From assembly GCF_009914755.1 (NCBI RefSeq), contig NC_060928.1: a DNA stretch of 64,000 nucleotides, one strand, 5' to 3'. The position numbers and the translations under genes are program-made. The DNA comes from the human T2T-CHM13v2.0 reference genome, Homo sapiens. The notes below the pieces were generated by a model. It was not told where the DNA came from. It worked only from the letters and a program-made list of their open reading frames with translations, and did no database searches. This document shows positions 1-14,170 of this stretch, piece by piece. Positions within the stretch are counted from its first letter, which is position 1; each line of letters starts with the position of its first letter.

Positions 1-99
1 AAAAGACTAAAATATGTTTATAGTATTTCTTTAAAAATTTACATTTGGAAAAATAATTCCATCAGCAAAAATACAAAATTTGGAAAATGCAAAAAGTAT

Positions 100-960
100 A
101 AATTTCAAAACATACAAACTATTCAATTTGTATATACAAGATGCAAACCAATATCCTTTATATAAGAAAGTACTTATAAATCAGAAGGAAAAGGGTCAAC
201 ATTCTAGTTTTTTTTAAAGTGTGACAGGTAAGGACAGAATAATGAATAACGTCAATCAAAAGAAAATCAATAAAAATTTATACAATAATGAAGTACTAGT
301 ATCATTATTGCTATTGCTATCATTATTGCCATTTCATATGCTGTTCAGCTATGAAATCTGCAGAGAATACACAAATTGATAAGACTTGGTATTAGAAATA
401 TTTGGACAAATCAGAACTATATAGTGTTCATGGGAAGGTAATTTATTGATCAATAATTATAAATATTTAAAATGTTCAAACAATTTGATGTATTAATTTC
501 GTTAAAAAATTTTTATGGTCATATTCACATAAATAAATATTCCATCATTGCTAATTTTATAAGAAGAAAAAAACATGGAAATGATCTAGATCATAATTTC
601 TAGGAGACTGTTTAAATAAATGTTATATTCATATAATGAATCACCAGGTGGTCCTTATAAAAGATGAGGTAGAATATTATAAATTAATATTGAAAAATGT
701 CTACAATATTTTACCAAGTAAAAATATACTACTGTCAGAATATCATATATGGTATAAACTCATGACTTTTTTAAAAAGCATAATCTTATTTAATAGCTTA
801 AATGCCTATGTTGAGTTAATGAAGAACATATTTGGAATGATATCCTTGCAACACTTAACAGGCTACTTTGAAAAATTGATGGGGGAAGAAGAATTTATGG
901 AGCATTATGTATTTTACTCTCTATCTAGGTACTATTTTTCTTTTAAATGTTACGTAGATA
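100..960 (+). mobile_element. Ancient L1 (L1ME-like) 3' region remnant
   Basis: A-rich, decayed L1M 3'-end-like text (e.g. ggaaatgatctagat...ttaaataaatgttatattcatataatgaat). Boundaries approximate. Confidence 0.4.
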
Positions 961-3014
961 CAATTCATATATGACTCCACCTTTAGATATTGTTTTTTAA
1001 AGTAATATGCCTATAACCATTTTATAATGAAGATAACCTTAAAATAGATTGATTTTATTTTAAATAATAAGTAGATATTAGTTTTTAAATTACTTTTCTT
1101 AACAAATAATAAAAATTTACTGTTATTTTTACATTAAATAAATTGAATTGAATAAATAGAATTAATTATTGAATTTTACACTTTCTCTCTGGGTATATTT
1201 TCTTAACTGTCTACATTTTTTCTTTCTTGATCTCCTAGCAATATTAATATTTTAATTTAAAAGTCTATTTATGGAGAAAAAATTATATATTGCCATATAA
1301 CTTTAAAACGTCATCATCTTGGTAAAATTCTAAAGACTTCTATACAGATATTACATATTGAGATAATATATGTGATAGCGTTATTCATAGCCCGAAAGAT
1401 TTTTTTATTTACTTAAACTGAAATATTAGGCTACAAAATTCATTTAGGTTCTGAGTTCCTGGACTGTATTTATTTTCATAGCATGGCTTATACAACTTCT
1501 AAAGTCATAGTTGTCATGCAATAAATAAATGGTACCCAATGCATTGAAATAGTTAATTAACTTTCATAGGTGAGCAATGCACTCAGGAAGTAGTTTGATT
1601 ACTAGTAAGGCAGCAAAATATTTACAAAGAGCTTTGAACTCTCCTAGTGAACCGGTGATGTCATGTAATCCAACCAGGTGTTTTTGTTTAGTGTTCTTTT
1701 ACTGGTTTATTAGGGAATAGGACAGAGAAAGAGAGAGACAGAGAGAGGAGAGACAGAGAGATCCATAACTTGTAGCCAACATGTAAAAGCAGCTCTCACT
1801 TTCTCAAATAATATGGCATTTGAAAATGAAGCAATCCTTTTTGCTAGGGCACTAAAAATCATAGCTACATCTTTATATATAAATATTTATGAAAAGCTTC
1901 TAAAAAGTGTGGTTCTAATGATCTCATATGTAAGTTTCAATGTCTCACTAAATAATGACATTCAATTATAATCAATTTGCAGTTTTGGTGTTAATTTATA
2001 TACTCTTCTAAAGCTACTATTTATGTGAATCATCTGTGAAAAAATTACTATCTGAATCCAAATATTTTACTAGCATTCAAAGCATTTTAAGAAAGCAAAC
2101 TTTTTGAAGTGGTTTTCTATGAGAAATCAATCCATATTTAGGCAACATCAATTTAATTTCCTACTTTAAATTTTAGGTTTTTTGGTGAAATTTAACTTCT
2201 TAAAACATTTCGGAACTGGAAAAATTATTTGTATGCACAAAACATGTTCACATGGGAAGGTCTACAGTGTTACACATTCTTATTATGAGGGTAATAGAAC
2301 TAATCATATGTGTAGGAAGTAAAAGATGGATCATAGATTTAATATAATACAGGAAGCATGTGCCAGGTAATACAATCAAGTTTATTAACAAAGGACAGAA
2401 TTCTTTAAGATAGGAAGTTTTGTCAGAGCCACATTAAACAAACAAAATACATAAAAGAATTGGCATGACCAATCCAGGTAGGTAGGGCCACTAATTATTA
2501 CAGCAGAATTGTCTCAAAAATATGTAACTTATTGATCTGATATTAGGTGCCTATGAGGGGAGACCATGGAAGGCTTGCTTTTTCACTCCTCTCTAGGAAA
2601 TTTTATGTAAAAAATATAATTCATCATTCAGTTTTGGGAATGAGTTGAAGAATGAATGAGGATCCAGTGTTTATAGACCATTCAAAATCAAACAATAGAG
2701 GACTTCTAATTGTTTCAGAACCCTTAGCAATGATCATTGTCTAGATGACGTGACAAATATTTTACTGTCTTTTGGACCCTTAACTTTCATTTATAGTAAA
2801 ATAAGCCTTCTTTATTATTCAGATTTAAGACAGAAAATATTTTTATCTAATAGGCCACCTTTTGTTTGGATTATGTTTCTTTACATCCAAGTACCGTAAG
2901 ATAAATAAAAACGTATATAACGTGACCCTGCATTTCTCAATTTCTCTTATGATTATAGACATTTCCAGGTGGTGTGGGCCAGTATTGACATGTATGCTAG
3001 ATAACAGTGTAATT

Positions 3015-3505
3015 ATTTTTCAGCTTTATTGAGGTATAATTGGCAAATAATTATACATGTTTACAGTGCACAATGCGATGTGTTGATATATATATATATA
3101 TACATGTTGTAAAATAATTACTAAATCAACTTAATTAACACATCCATTACCCCACATAGGGATGTGTGTGTGTGTGCATGTGCTTGTGTGTGTGTGTCTG
3201 TGTGGTGACACTATTAACTATGGTCACCTTGCTATACATTAGATCTCCAGAACTTATTCATTCTTTCTCACTAAACTTTGTACCCTTTGATCAACATCTC
3301 ATTTCCCCAGCTCCCCAGCCCCTGGCAACCAGCATTCTACTCTTTGCGTCTATGAGTTTGACTTTTTTCCGATTCCATATATAAGTAAGACCACATAGTA
3401 TTTGTCTTTCTCTGCCTGGCTTATTTCACTTAGAATAATGTCCTCCACGTTCATCTATGTTGTTCAAATGACAGGATTCCTTATTTTGAAAGGCGGAATA
3501 ATCTT
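3015..3505 (-). mobile_element. L1MA (L1MA8-10-like) 3' end fragment
   Basis: Antisense L1 3'UTR text: cagctttattgaggtataattg...cccctggcaacc...tatttgtctttctctgcctggcttatttcacttagaataatgtcctcc. Contains (TA)n and (TG)n tracts. Confidence 0.85.
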
Positions 3506-5532
3506 TTATTTTAAAAAAGATGCATGTGATATTTTAAGTGAATAACATGCAAGATCATTTGCAATGAAACTCTATAAAACGTGTGTAGCTTTCTCTTTAC
3601 ATTTATATGTGGCAGGGTAATTTACTGGGACATTAATTCTGACGGTTCTTGGTATAATCGCTCTCCCTCCATTTCCAATAGTTAGAACATATACTCCCTT
3701 CCCTCAGGGGAAATTAAAGATAGGCCCCTTCCTTACATTTGTTATTGAATTTCCCTACTCCTGGAGAGGATTATCCTGGGTTAAGAGAAACAGAATCTAC
3801 CCAGGCTTGGAGGGCTGCAGAGGTCAGAATGGGGCTTCAAGGTTAGAGGCACTACTTTACCTTGAAGCTTGTGAAACGTACTCTTTGGCTCTTAGGTGGA
3901 AGAGAGTCTTCCAAGTCCTGAACTTAATTTCAAAATCATATTTTTTCCCTAAACGTTTTATTCTATATAACATTGACATTGTAAGGTACACAAATCCTAA
4001 GCAAATTATTACCAATACATATTCATGGCAACTCCCACCCAGATGAAGATGAATAATTGATATGTATATATTTTAGTTTTTCAAAGAGATCTTCCCAAAC
4101 TATTTAAGTTCAAGTCCCATAACACTTGGATCCTTCCCCCCTTCAAGGTGTTACAAGTGAAAATTGTTAAGACCTGAGGTGAAGGTGAGACTGTCAGAAG
4201 ATCACTCTCTGCATGGTGTACCTAGAAAGGAGAAGGTTGACTGTCATTCAACAAGATTATTGGGCACGAACTGGCTTCCTTAAAATAGTCAAGTCTTCTT
4301 TATTTAAATACCCATATGACACTTGAATATCCTATACGTATTTGAATATCATATAGGCCTGGATGGTTTTCTCTAGGGATGTCCAATGGGAAGAGAAGAC
4401 CAAAAGAAATTCCCTGCCATTTTACTGCCATGAAATATTAGAATGTTGGTAAAATTTAGGGAATGCGAAATGAACTCCAGTATAGAATAACATTTACGGC
4501 CAGCCCAATAAAATGGAAGCTTTCAGTTAAATTCCAGTTCTGTTAAAGAAAATAAAAGAATGTCTTTTTTTTTTTTTTTTTTTCGCAAACCTGAATTTGT
4601 GGAGGTCAATTTGCATTTGATTGAATGCTTAGATTAGGTTGGAGTAACATCACCACCAAGAAAATCCTAAACTGAACACAGCAAACATGTATTTCTCATC
4701 CATGTGGTGCTGGTTGTCCCCAATTCTTTGCTCATTATATTCATGAAGCATCTCAGTCTGACAAAGACAGCCTCTTGATGTGTGTGTCTGTGATCAGGGC
4801 AGCAAAGGAAGGAAATGTGGTCCAAAGCACAAGGGCTCTTTAACTTGTGCCCCGAAGTGACATGTGTCACATGGCATCCCCTATGTTCAAAAATAAGAAT
4901 TGCAGCCCTAACAGGTGCTTGCGTGAACAGCCCCAATGACCACCATAAAATTCATTCCAGCCGCACAAACTACAGCTTTTCAATTTTCCTCAAGGAGCTG
5001 TTTATATGCTAATGCAGAAAAGGGTGTATTACCTTTCTATTTAATTTAGAATATTCTCAATGAACATACTAATCTCTTTTGTGCACCATTTAACAGTACT
5101 TTCATTTTTCCTGACTGCAAACAGATAAGGTAATTATTGTTTTTCAATTTCTCACAGATCGCTTGGCACCATAGACATTTTATCAGGTTTTAGAATTGTA
5201 CACCAAGGAGATCTGTGTATATATTTAACTTCTTTTATTGTCTCTTGCAAATATGGAAGCTATATTCCTTTAGATGCTGATTTTAAGGAAGTGCTTTATA
5301 AAAGTTTTGGTGATTTATGCTTAATTTTGTATTCTGTTTTTATTAGAAACAGGCCAGTGGCTTCTAGTGTTAGAATTGGAATTTGGTTCACTGACAGTAA
5401 AATAACAACCATCTATCATAAACTGGCAATCCATTCTTGTTCTCTTCATTATTTGAATGTGGATAGGGCCCATAAAAATGAAAAGTAGCTTTCACACCCC
5501 AGAATAGACATTCCACTTACAACTTGAGAGTC

Positions 5533-5780
5533 AGTAGAGTGAGGTATTTAAGTACACGTGCTCAGAAGCCAGACTGCTTGAGTTTGAATCCCAGCCTTGC
5601 CACTGTGTGACCCTGGGCAAGTTGTATAAATTTTCTAAAATTCAGTGTCTTGATCTGGGAATGATAATATTAACTACCTCCATAGATTGCTACAAGTCAT
5701 TGAATGAATTTTAAATGAATGAATGCTTATAAAGTATTAAGAGTGTTTGCTACATAGTAAGTTCTCTATGAGCTTTTGTT
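5533..5780 (+). mobile_element. MIR SINE
   Basis: MIR core: gccagactgcttgagtttgaatcccagccttgccactgtgtgaccctgggcaagtt...acatagtaagttctct. Confidence 0.8.
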
Positions 5781-5919
5781 TTTATTGTTATTATTATTAT
5801 TGTCATTATTTTAATTGGGGGAGAATATGACATTAATTTTTGCTAGTCAAATGATTTCATTCTACTATATAAGGTAATGTGACCCCAAAATATAATGTGA
5901 CTTTATAATTATACACATT

Positions 5920-6022
5920 TGCATATATATAATTTATGTGCATATATATATATATATATACACACACATATATATATATGCTGCTTTTAAGGAAGTGCAC
6001 ATACATACACACACATATTCCT

Positions 6023-6053
<31 letters not shown>

Positions 6054-6066
6054 TACATACATATAT
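5920..6066. repeat. Compound (TA)n/(CA)n/(CATA)n microsatellite
   Basis: Directly visible dinucleotide and tetranucleotide runs. Confidence 0.9.
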
Positions 6067-6709
6067 GTATTTAAGAAGACAGTGACTCTACTTGGTTCCA
6101 AATGAAGTTATTTTGGAAATGCTATTGTTGCAGACACATAGCCCTGATGTACATGTGCTACTCTTGCTCTACGGTTAAGAATAAAATATTTATGTTATCA
6201 GTTGCCACTGCAGTCCTAACTCAGCTGACTTTTATTTCATAAGCTTATTTTTTAATCAGCAACATGTTTTATGACTCATCTGTCAATAACAGTGTGGAAG
6301 TGCTGTGTATATGCATTCAGAGCACTGGTTTTGCACTGGACTGACTTTATACACAACACCATTTGTGAACTATGTTACCATGTATAAATTACTTAACATT
6401 TTCTGCCTTTTCTTCCAGGAAATAGAAGATAAATGAGCATGTGTGTATACCCACACACACATTGCTTTTAAGGAAGTACGCATACATACAGACACACACA
6501 CACACATATATACATATATGTGCACATACATAATGTATGTATGTGTGTGGATGTATATGGACTGCAGCGGCAAGTGACAACATAAGTATTTTATTCTTAA
6601 TAGTAGGGCAAGAGTACCACATGTACATCAGAGCTGCCTAACTGTGACAATAGAATTTCTAAAATAATTTCATTTGGAACCAAAGTAGATTCACTGTCTT
6701 CCTAAATAC
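6067..6709. repeat. ~150-bp imperfect inverted repeat (arms 6067-6216 and 6559-6709, ~85% identity)
   Basis: Reverse complement of 6067-6216 aligns to 6559-6709 with about 22 differences over 151 columns (manual alignment). Confidence 0.93.
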
Positions 6710-7521
6710 GGATACATGTATTAATGAAAATAATTTGTGTAAAACTGTTTTCTTGATCAAAGTATTTCACACAGGCTTGCTCATCCTTGCTTCTGTTTTT
6801 CTACTTTACATGTTTTTCTTTAATATACCTGGTTAAATTTTTTTTTCCTTTTATGTTTTCAGATGCCAGAGGTTCTAAAAATTAATCCCTCTGTTACAGA
6901 GATGATTTTTGTCTACAGATCCAGGTATCTTTAGAAATAGAATCTTGATCCTTGAATAGTCTCCCAAATGTGGAACATGCAATTTATTTTCTGTAGCCGA
7001 GGTCACATCTTTGGTTTTTTTTCTGGGAAGTATATATCAATGAAACAGTTAAGGATGGCAGCCATTTGCTTATGAGGTCTTAGGTTGTTGAAATTGATAG
7101 TGGCCTACATGGAGAGATTTGAAATTCTCTGACAGGTGTCTTCTGTCCCAAATAGCTTTCCTTTCTAAGCAATCACTAAAAATTCTCTCTCCTCATCTGG
7201 CCTGATCATGAATGAATTTCAAAATACACATTCGTGTGTTCTAATTCATTTACTAACACGAATTTATAACATCTACCATACAAAAGAGTGTCCAGAGATC
7301 TTGGAAAATAATAAGATAAAAGCCATAGTACTTGCCATTAGTGACATCACAATAAGGTAGTGGGAAATACAGCTAAAATGAACATTGTATCAGTGTGTGA
7401 AAAACTATATGGTAACATATGGAAGCTGGCATGTGAAAAATTGAGGAAACCCTCCTGGAGATGTCAGATTTTAGCTGAATTTTGAGAGGTAAATAGAAAT
7501 TATGCTTGAAAAGAAAGTTTA

Positions 7522-7737
<216 letters not shown>

Positions 7738-7835
7738 TCAAGAAACTCAAAATAGTTGATGTTGGTTGGAGCACAACATGAGAGGTAGGGAATGAGGAAA
7801 GTTAAGCTGAAGAAGTAGGTGGGTGCTAGCTAGAT

Positions 7836-8054
7836 CAGGGGTTGGCCAATGACAGCCTTCCAGCCAAATGTGGTATGACATCTATTTTTGTAAATAAAAT
7901 GTTATTGAAACACAGCCATGCCCATTTATTTACATAGGTCCACAGCTGCTTTAGCCCAATAGCAGAGTTGAGTAACTATATCAGAGACCTTGTGGTTGCA
8001 AGGCCTGAAATATTTTGTATTTGGCTTCTTACAGAAAATGTTTGCTAAGCCCTA
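7836..8054 (+). mobile_element. MER58A (hAT-Charlie MITE)
   Basis: Termini caggggttggc.../...gtttgctaagcccta; internal tttttgtaaataaa...gaaacacagccatgccc; 8-bp TSD agctagat (7828-7835) / ggctagat (8055-8062). Confidence 0.88.
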
Positions 8055-9084
8055 GGCTAGATCATGTGGGGCCATAACTGTCTTTCTAAAAATTTTGAAT
8101 TTTACCACAAAGAAAGTAAAAAGCGATTGAGTAACTTTAAACACAGGAGTTAGGCTTCATTGTGCAGAATGCAATGAGAGAATGGCAAGTCTAGAAGCAG
8201 AGATACCAGTAAAAAAATTGTTGTATGTGAAATTAGAGTTGAAGTCAAGAAAAAGAAGTTCAAATGAAAAGGAAATGATAGACTCAAGAAATTGTAAACT
8301 GGTAAAACCATTGATTGGATATATGAAATATTGATATTGGATATATAGATTATGAGAAGTCCATGATAGTGAGGGGATTTTTGGACTGGGTTTCCAAAAT
8401 ATATTTGAACTCATTTATTAAAATAGATAATTTAGGATGGATGAATTAGAAGAGCAGTAATGATGAGTTCTTTTCAAACATGTTGATTTTGAGGATATTA
8501 AGGAAAAATAAGTGGTCAATTCAAGAAGGCATTTTTATATGTGGGGGTGAAACTGGCATGGAGTACTAGATTAGAAATTTAGATTGAAATATTAATTTGG
8601 TAGTTAAAAGCAGTTGATGAGATCACTGAGGAAGTTTGTAAAACATCCAGAGGAAGTTGGCTCAAGATTAAGATAATGTAATAGACTGAGTTTTAAAAGT
8701 AGAAGAAATAGCAGGAGAATGTTTTGGAATTCGAGAAAGGTCTTCATGAATGGAAAATTGTCAACAGTGCTAAATGCTAGAGATAAGCTCAGTTAGATGA
8801 CATGTGAGAAGCAGCCACTAGATAATTAATGAGTAAGTTTTTAATAACATTAGCAAGAGAACTTTTAGTATAGGATTTGTGGTGCAAACCAAATTGAGCT
8901 GAAGTAAGGAGTAAAACCAGGTAAGGAAGGAGAGGCAGTTAGTAAAATAACAGTATTTAAAAAATTGACTATTAGAAAGAGAAAGGGAAAATGAAATAGA
9001 ATAATGGCTCAGGAAAAAAAAATGTTTGTCAAGGTTTTGTTTGGGGATTTAACATTGTTATACAGTGCAGGAAAATCATGAGCG

Positions 9085-9340
9085 GAAGTGGAGTATAATG
9101 GAAATCCCATAAACCTTAGAGTTAGTGAACCTTGGTTTGATTCCCTCCTCTGTCCATTGTTAGTCATGTAAACTTTAATTCTTCTGTTGCAGGATTTGCT
9201 GAATAATTCTGAGCTTCAGTTTTCTCTTATGTAAAATGCAGACAAAAATATCTTGCAGACATATTTTGAGTGGATTGAAATAATGTCTATGAAGTATCTA
9301 GCAGAATGCTGTTATATAATAGGGACTCAATAAATAATGT
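9085..9340 (+). mobile_element. MIR SINE
   Basis: tctgagcttcagttttctcttatgtaaaatg core and tagggactcaataaat tail. Confidence 0.75.
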
Positions 9341-12300
9341 TTTTATTTTTATTAATGAAATATTTCTATATACTCAGTTAATGCTAATGTAGGTTACATC
9401 TTGTTGAACCTATTAACTCTCAGACAACTTCAAATACTTATAGCACAGAAACAGAAGGGCAAAAAAGAAATTTCACTTATTGTAAACTTGGGAAGTTGGA
9501 GTACAGTGGGATTGTCCTGGAAGAGGAAAAACTGAATGAACACTTCTGAAAAAAGGGTTTTTGAAAAGGGGTATGGAATCACCTAGGGCAAGTTTACTTT
9601 TCTCAATTTCTGTCTTCATAATGAACATATTAAATAAAAGTATTGTTTGAACATGAAGATGTTTCAGGTTACCATGATATAAGTGCTCTTTATCTTTGGT
9701 CTAGACTATACTTGCTAATTTCTCATGAGTACCTGTGTGCTCAGAAAAATCTTCCTTAAAATTTCACAAATTTGCAAAACAGGCTTTTAGTAAGACATCA
9801 TCAGCTTCTTGGCCCTTACAAGGAAATGGAAGGAAACTTATTATATTCTTTCCTAGACCTATTTACAAATCATTCTTGGGTCACAGAAATGTCACAGCCA
9901 TGAGTTCATCATTTTAAGGAAATTCCCTTTGCTTGAACATAACATATGTTAGTCCCACAGTGCTGAGCTTATAAATTCTTATGATTCCTTATTTGGAATT
10001 ATCCTTCTGAGTCAAAACCAGACCACAAAATATGTAATGGTACAGACTAAACATAAGCAACATGCTACCAACATCCACCAAGACAACAAAAACAACTTAT
10101 GGTAGAGTAGCTTAGGAGAAGATAAACATTCTCAAACCAAACAAGGCAGAAACCGTACACCTTTCTTACTCTTTATTCTTAACTTGGGACTAAATTCCAT
10201 GTCCAGTTGATAAATATAAATATTTTATCTTTTATTGTAGCAATTTTATCTGTACTGTAAAATCATCTTCATTTGTAAGACTCTGTTATGATAAAAAGTG
10301 CTTTTTCTGTCTTCCCATCTGCTCCATAAAGAAAGCAGATATTCAAGGGAGCAACATTATAAAAAGTGCCTGTGTGTGGTCTGGGCCCTGCTTAATGTAG
10401 AATCAAAGGATGCTGTGGGACTTCAGTTCATTCCACTACTTCCAGACAGTTTCCTCTAAACCCTCTTGGACAGACTAGTTTATAAAGTGTCCAGGTCAGG
10501 CACTTGGATAGTTATCCTACCTAACTGCCAGGAGTTTCTTCTCAGGTTCAAGGTTCCCTTAAATACATCTAACAATTAAATCCTTATTCTGATATTAGAC
10601 CTTAAATGGAGAATCTCTGGATAGTTAAAAGCTTGTGATGAATAATTGTTAACACTCTTCCATCATTGAACTGTTAATAACAAATCAGTGACCTTGTTGT
10701 ATAACCAGACACTTTAAATATTTGCAGAAGCTTCAAGAATGAAAAGGTAAATAAAAATAGAGAGGCAAAGTCCCAGGTTTGTGTGTGTGAGATAGCGAGG
10801 CAGTAGACGTATGGGAGAAAGTAATAGTGCAGTATCTAAGTGTAGGAATAATAGTAAAACTTTAAAGGATTTTTTAAAATCATGGAACTTTATGTTGAAT
10901 AGAAACAAATCTTAATATTTCAGAAGCAAGATAACTAATATCTTCAAGCAAATTAGATGGACACAGATAAAAGAATAGAAAGGGAGCAAATTCATTTTTA
11001 AGAACATAAATTTAGGTTTCTTTTAAATGATTTGCAGGTAGGAAACTAAGTTTAAAGTTTACTGTTTAAAACATGGATGTGCTCTCATTAGCAGAACACA
11101 AGTGCCTCTAGGCTGTTTATGAAGTTGTGGTGAGAACTGGCCAGGTAAGCAAAGGTGATGGAGGGGCCCAACTTGCCCCTTTGAAGTCTTACAGATTGAG
11201 AAGCATTAACAGCCAAACTTCAAAGAGCAATGCTTCATCATTTTTGTGATCCAATCACTGTATTCAGCTGCAATTTATAGGCTGGTGATATTAAATTGGG
11301 AATGGTTTAGTTGCTCCCAATTAAGCTTTGGAAATGAAATTAAAAGTTCAAAGTACTCAGCTGCCTGTAAAGTGAGTTGGCAAAGTTGAGAGAAAGCTGT
11401 GGTAGTTTGCTTTGAAGTTTGTTTTGTTTGTCAATGCATCTTAGAGGGTTGAATTAAATGGGAAACTTGCTTGGTTCTAATTTTTCTTTTAGGGCAATAC
11501 AGTCTGGGTCAACTCACAGTTTATATTGGACTAAATTATTTTCAAATAGCAGGATGGAATTATATTAACTTAAAACTCCCTAAACATTCACACACAAAGG
11601 TACACACTCACATACCCATAGCTTGATGTATTTGAATTCTAGAGGTGAATGGAATTTCCAAATTTACCTAGACCACCCTGTATGTAAGCTTTTGAGATTC
11701 ACTGTCATCTAAACCATCCATCACACACAGTTGGTCCCCCATCCTAAAAAGCTTTAGGGAAGGAAGGTCAAAAGTTTCATTTTCATGAGGTCCAGAGGGG
11801 GAAGAATTATAAAATCAGATTCCAGGAAATAAGTAAACCATCTCAGTAAATAAAATCTAATGGGCCCCATTTGATAAAAAATGACATAGAGGAAAGAGCT
11901 TCCATTTTGTAATGGAATGATTTTTAAATATGAATGTGATCTCAGAGTGGGAAGTTATGGCATTTTTCAGAGAATTATCAAATAAGTATTGGAAGTGTCT
12001 GATTAAATATGGATCTATAAATGAATGCTGATGTTTTATTTTTTGTGTGAGGGAGGAAGGAAAAAATCAAACAATAACTTGGCATTGCTTTTAATATAAA
12101 TGCTTTATAGTGTATTATGCAAGTGAAATATGAGAAAGACTTTAGGTTAGAGGCATTGGATTAAAGCACATCAAGCAATTCTTTGTTTCATTCAGGAATG
12201 AAGATGAACATAGTAGAGGGCTCATGCTTTTCTATTGCTCTGTCTGCCTTTTAATATGTTTTCCAAGTTAAAATCTGTTGCCTTCTTCTTATTTTCTCCA

Positions 12301-13872
12301 AATGGAATACATTTTATCTTTCTAGTAGAAACCTGAGTTCTCTGAAGAGTACATCAAAGATTTCATGAATTCCCAGAACTTTTCTGGGAGGCGGGGGCAG
12401 TTTCATCTGCTAGAGAGAAAAGTCCTGCAGTGAAATATGAGTAAGTTGCTGTGAGCCCAGGGCAGAGCCAGGGCAGGAACTACAGTTTCCTGACTCTCAA
12501 CCCAAGTCCTGATGCCTGGTCCATGACCACCAATAAAAACAGTAGCAAAAACAAACAGCAAAGGAACTGGGCTATCAAAAGGGTTACTTTTCCTAAGAGG
12601 CAGATGGGGAAAAAAAAATCCTGCCTGTTTTATTCGTATCTTTTCAATTGCATTTTACATCCCAATGAATCATCAGGAAAAACAACAACAACAACAAAAA
12701 CAAAAACACTTTTAATGAAATGTCAAGTCGAACGCTGACTTCCATTCTAAGCTAAGGTGACCTCCCGGTTAAGGCACAGACACTCTTTCCACTGTTGTTT
12801 CTGTGACATCATCGAGGGGTCTGCAGTGGATGACAAGCTGCTGGGGCGTTCTCAGCTTATTTCATTCTCCCTGTGAGTAATCGGAATCCTTCAGTTTTTA
12901 CAGTTCTAAATCATTCATTTATTGGAGATATATAATCCTATTGACATCACTGGGAAAACTAGTACAAGGAATACAGTATTCCCCATGATTTCAAACCTGC
13001 TGAGAGGCAGTCCTTGAATTGTCACTTCTGAAGTTGGCCAAATGGAGCAAGAGATTGCTGAGTGGGTGCTCTCCTCTAACATCTGAGGACGTGTCTATGC
13101 TGGGAGCCCACACCTGCACAGTCTGCTCTGGTGGCACTACTCCAGGAAGCTGGGTTTCGCAATGCTGCCAAAAATGGAAATAACGGGGAGAGACAGATGG
13201 TGCATCTGTGGAAGCCAAATCCAGTTGTATATTCTTGATTTATTTTTCTCTGCTCCTATGTAACCCTGAGGATAAGAAGATGTGAAACTAATCTTAGAAG
13301 GAAAAGAAACACTTTATAAAAAGTTTGGGGTACTTTCTGGCATGAAAACCTTTTATACACTTCCTTGGGGTTTCCCTTGATTTACTTAGTCTTTCTCCAG
13401 TCTCAGATAATTGCATAATCTCTATAATGCATACATTGTTAAACATTAAATCTAATGTAGGGGTTTTCTGGAAACAAAAAATTATTTTTTTTATATACAG
13501 GGCCTGGAAACAACTAGTCAAAATATATTAATATTGGGTTCTTGTCTTTCCAGGGTCTAAGTCATTCCTTAGTACCAAGGTAAGAGTATAAGCAGGTATG
13601 TCCACTCTTAAAGCCCACTTCATTTTTTTCTCTTCCTTTTTTGTGTGCCTATTTTAACTGCATCTCACTTGATAAAGGTAACATTAAATTACTGAGTGAT
13701 ACCTCATCCTTTTAAACTTTAAAAAATTCTATTAACACCAGACATCAGCATTCCCTAAACGAGTAAAAACCATAAAATGGTTTGCAAGCCATTTATTGTA
13801 TCTCCACAGAAGTGGGATCATGGCTTGAATTGAGTTCTAGAACACTCTCTAGTTGTGTTGGACTATATTAGC

Positions 13873-14170
13873 ATCCAGGCACGGTGGCTCACGCCTGTAA
13901 TCCCAGCACTTTGGAATGCCAAGGTGGGCAGATCACGAGGTCAGAAGTTCAAGACCAGCCTGGCCAACATAGTGAAACCCCATCTCTACTAAAAATAAAA
14001 AAATTAGCCGGGCATGGTGGTAGGTGCCTGTAATCCCAGCTACTCAGGAGGCTGAGGCAGGAGAATCTCTTGAGGCGGGGGTTGCAGTGAGCCGAGATTG
14101 CGCCACTGCCCTCCAGCCTGGGTAACAAGAGCGAAAACTCCATCTCAAACAAACAAACAACAAACAAACA
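13873..14170 (+). mobile_element. AluS with (CAAA)n tail
   Basis: Full dimeric Alu with the A5TACA6-like linker; small deletion in the right arm. Confidence 0.95.

Noticed and set aside
636-974. 112-aa ATG-initiated ORF
   Set aside because: Lies in a decayed L1M-like region, has AT-biased composition and no recognisable domain
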